In this document: one piece after another, positions 60,601 through 64,000 of the stretch
Position numbering within the stretch: the first letter of the stretch is position 1
Layout of the letters: the number at the start of each line of letters is the position of its first letter
NCBI GenBank assembly: GCA_977017645.1
Contig: OZ360220.1
Coordinates: 30,504,001-30,568,000 of the forward strand
From: Torpedo marmorata
Taxonomy: Eukaryota
Direction of reading: 5' to 3'
DNA length: 64,000 nt
Program-made: the position numbers and the translations under genes
Notes under the pieces: model-generated
The model's database searches: none
Told to the model about the DNA's origin: nothing
What the model saw: only the letters and a program-made list of their open reading frames with translations

Positions 60601-62432
60601 TCGCCAAAATAAATAATGCTGGTGACAAAGGACATCCTTGTCTAGTAGATCGACTCAAAGGAAATCTTGAAGAAATCTGTCCATTTGTAACTACTTTAGA
60701 AGATGGTTCTTTATATATAGTTTTAATCCGATTAATAAATGTATTTCCAAAACCAAATTTCTCCAGTACCTTAAATAAAAAATTCCATTCTAATCTATCA
60801 AAAGCCTTTTCAGCGTCTAAAGTTAAAACTAATGGTAAATCTTCCTTCTTTTTATGTAAATTAATTAAACTAATCAATCTAGCTATATTATCTTTTGAAT
60901 ATCTATTTTTAATAAAGCCAGCTTGATCTACATGAATTAAATCTGGTAAATAATTAGCCATTCTATTTGCTAAAATTTTTGCCATTATCTTGTAATCTAC
61001 ATTTAATAATGAAATAGGTCTATAAGATTCAGTTTTCAATACATCTCTATCTTTCTTTGGTATAACTGTAATTATTGCATTTTAAAAAGTATCTGGTAAT
61101 AAGTGAGTTTCCGTAATTTGATTCAATACTTCCATATATGGAGGTATTAATAAATCTTTAAACTCTTTATAAAATTCTGATGGAAATCCATCTTCACCTG
61201 GAGATTTACCACTCTTTAACGAAATAAGAACTTCATTAACTTCCCTCATTGAAAAAGGTAAATCTAAAGATTCTCTACTTTGAGTATTCAATTTAGATAA
61301 AATAATTTTAGATAAAAATCTAGTAATTTTAGAATCATCTTGATCAATCTGAGATTTATATAAATTCAAATAATAATCTTTAAAAGAGTCATTTATTTCT
61401 CGAGGTTTATAAGTTATTTCTCTAGAGTTTTTCCTTATAGCATTTATAGTTCTAGAAGTTTGATCTTTTTTTAATTGCCATGCCAAAACTTTGAGCTCTT
61501 TCCCCTAGTTCATAATATCTTTGTTTAGTTCTTTCAATTAATTTTTCCATTTTAAATGTTTGTAATAAATTGTAATGTAATTTCTTCCAAATTAAACGGT
61601 TCCTTTTTTGAATTGATCTGTTTTTTTGTAAATCTTTTTCCAAACATTCAATCTCCTTCTCAAGTTTTTCTACTTCCCTAAGATAATCTTCATAATTTTT
61701 GCTGAATAACTTATTATTTGACCTCTTAAATAAGCTTTTAAAGCTTTCCAAATAATAAATTTATTATCAGTAGAATTAGAATTTATTTGTAAAAATTCCT
61801 GAATTTCCCTTATATAGTCACAAAAATCTTTTCTTTTTAATAAAGAAGAATTAAATCTCCAGCTATATACAGTTTTTTTCTTTTTCCGGAATTATACAAG
61901 ATATTAATAAAGGTGAATGATCAGAAATTATTCTCGCTTTATACGATGCTTGTGTTATTCTATCTTGAACCTGTGAGGACAATAAAAATAAATCTATCCT
62001 TGAATATGAATCATGCCTGAAAGAATAAAAAGAATAATCTTTCTCTCTAGGATTCAATTTTCTCCAAATATCTATTAAATTTAAATCTTTCATCAAAGTA
62101 AGAACTCTTTTAGCAATTTTAGTTTTAACAAGTGATCTTGAAGTTTTATCCATTATTGGATCTAAACAACAGTTGAAATCCCCCCCAATTAAAATATTCT
62201 CATTAGCTTCTGACAAATGTAAAAAAGAATCTTGAATAAACTGTTCATCATCTGCATTTGGCACATACAAGTTCATAAGTGTCCAGAGTTCTGAATAAAT
62301 CTGGCAATGTATCAAAACATATCGACCTGCCACATCTATAACTACCGATTGTATCTTAAAAGGTAATTTTTTATTAATTAATATAGCTACCCCTCTTGCT
62401 TTCGAATTAAAAGAAGAAGCCACCACTTGACC
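57670..62432 (-). mobile_element. 5'-truncated L1 with a nested solo LTR
   Basis: ORF2 pieces at 59069-62426 (EN, RT, C-term). 16-bp TSD ctaaattgaagatttt at 57654-57669 and 62433-62448. Confidence 0.95.
58021..58922 (-). mobile_element. Solo LTR, copy 2
   Basis: Reverse-complement homolog of 44626-45453; TSD GTAT (58017-58020, 58923-58926). Confidence 0.85.
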
Positions 62433-62549
62433 CTAAATTGAAGATTTTGGCACGTGTTTTTAAAAAGGCAAAAGTTTTGTTTTAATTATTTGGAACATAG
62501 TTTGCAAAGATTATTTATTCATGTACAAAACAATTGTTTGTTCATAGTG

Positions 62550-62775
62550 CAGTAAAATCCCTGTTATCTGGAATTCAAGCAACCGGTAGCCTCAAGCAAC
62601 CGGCAAAAAAAAAAAATCGAGGAAAATAAATGGGTAAAAAAATACGGAAGTTTAAAATCGGCGCGCCTCGCCATTAGTTCTCCATTTGTGTAATGCGCAG
62701 TCTCAAGCATCCAGGAAATTCACTTATCCGGCTTTTACCAATCCCTGTAGGTGCCAGATACTGGGGATTGTACTG
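62550..62775. mobile_element. Tigger/pogo-like MITE
   Basis: TIRs cagtaaaatccctgttatctgg/ccagatactggggattgtactg; TG/TA flanks. Confidence 0.78.
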
Positions 62776-63081
62776 TATAATTTTGAATCCCCTATTAAAA
62801 GGTTGGCACATAAGACGTGGGATTGTTTTCACTGTTGAAAAGAAAACTTTTGAGTTAAGATTTAGAGTTTTGATACTGTGATTAGACTTTCCAACCTATG
62901 GAAATTTGATAATTTAAAATTGTTACAAAAATCTCTTGTACGTGGCAAACACGAGAAATAGAAACAAGAGTATGCCATTCACCCCCTCGTGTCTCCTGCA
63001 CATTTCATTATGATCATGGCTGATCTTTTACCTCAGTGTCACTTTATTGCAATAAGCCCATACCACCTGATTCCTTTAATA

Positions 63082-63643
63082 CAGTGAAACCCCGATTTAA
63101 CGCAAATTCAGATATAACGCGACCGCTTCCGGATCCGGGGCTTGTGGCAGGCCAGCGAGTGGTGGAGTGCGGCGCCGCGGAACTCCGGCAGCCAGTTGTC
63201 TCACAGGTCAGCCGGAGACGCGGACACCGGCGGCCGCTGTCGAAGCAGAGAGCCGGGCTAGTCCGCAGCAGCCAGTGCAGGCGACAGTAGCAGCACAGCA
63301 GGTTGTTGTCCAGGCGCAGCACGGCCAGGCTGCGCACCGGCAGCAGTGCGCTCTCTTCCAGCGTGGCCAGCTCCCTCAGCTTGTACAGCTGCCGAAGGTT
63401 CTGCTCCTGCAGGGAGCTGATGCCCAGGTAATGCAGCCGGAGTGTGGCCAGGTTGTGTAGGTAGAACAGGGATTCGGCTGAAATGGAGGTGAGGCAGGTT
63501 TAACAAGTTGCCGAAAGCACCAGGTTCCACGCTGCTGATTATGATCTTGCTGTATATGTGTAACCCCGATTTAGCGCAACACCGCTTTTTTCGCGATGCC
63601 ATTTTATGGACCCAAACGATCGCGTTATAACGGGGTTTCACTG
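63082..63643. mobile_element. Tc1/mariner (pogo/Tigger-like) MITE carrying captured gene fragments (Pack-TIR)
   Basis: TIRs cagtgaaaccccgatttaacgc/gcgttataacggggtttcactg. TA TSD at 63080-63081 and 63644-63645. The flanks rejoin as a CR1 3' remnant. Confidence 0.88.
63123..63545 (-). pseudogene. LINGO3: Captured, internally deleted LINGO-family (LINGO3-like) LRR/LRRCT fragments
   Basis: Translations: IISSVEPGAFGNLLNL; LTSISAESLFYLHNLATLRLHYLGISSLQEQNLRQLYKLREL; LATLEESALLPVRSLAVLRLDNNLLCCYCRLHWLL; PPVSASPADL*DNWLPEFRGAALHHSLACHKPRIRKR. These are collinear with recalled LINGO LRRs and the LRRCT. Paralog assignment is tentative. Confidence 0.72.
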
Positions 63644-63714
63644 TATCTAAAAATCAATAGATCTTCCCTTGGATATATCCTCCCTAGCTTCAAATTTTTC
63701 TAATTCAATTAAAT

Positions 63715-64000
63715 CTAAACCTCTTAAAACTATTTCAGGGAACCAGACAGGGTTGTCCTCTAAGTCCACTCTTATTTAATTTGGCTTTGGAGCCACTAGC
63801 GTTGGCTTTTTGGCAATCAGCTAATATTTCAGGAATCTCTAGAGCTGGGATTATCCATTAAGTATCTCTTTATGATGATGATCATCTATATATATCCAAT
63901 CCTGACCGTTCAATTCCAAGGATCTTATCACTTATCAATCAATTTGGTCAATTCGCAGGTACAAATTGAATTTGCAGAAGAGTGAATTATTCCCTTTGGA
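63715..64000 (+). mobile_element. Decayed L1 RT fragment (different family)
   Basis: [21 protein letters not shown]...VSLYDDD. Confidence 0.8.

Noticed and set aside
63044-63641. Functional LINGO gene exon
   Set aside because: Large internal deletions, frameshifts and a stop, bounded by TIRs; treated as captured cargo.

Overview
Eukaryotic, repeat-saturated vertebrate DNA. The V-SINE/HE1-type SINEs, HER1-type CR1 LINEs, Penelope and Rex1/Babar content point to a cartilaginous fish (inference). No intact host protein-coding gene is recognisable. Most of the window is nested transposons: (i) a near full-length CR1 (minus, ~10-14200) split by an L1, a PIF/Harbinger-type DNA element that itself carries a full CsRn1-type Gypsy provirus, and a GC-rich non-autonomous retroposon; (ii) four copies of an AT-rich L1 family with clean TSDs, one with a twin-priming-type 5' inversion; (iii) Penelope elements with hammerhead-like pLTRs; (iv) a Buster-type hAT, several MITEs and two solo LTRs. 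A CpG-rich, probably bidirectional promoter lies just after the 100-N gap (~32700-33350). The most unusual object is a 562-bp Tc1/mariner-type (TA-TSD) MITE at 63082-63643 whose interior is three joined fragments of a LINGO-family (LINGO3-like) LRR gene, i.e. a Pack-TIR gene capture. All family assignments come from motif recognition by eye; no database searches were run.
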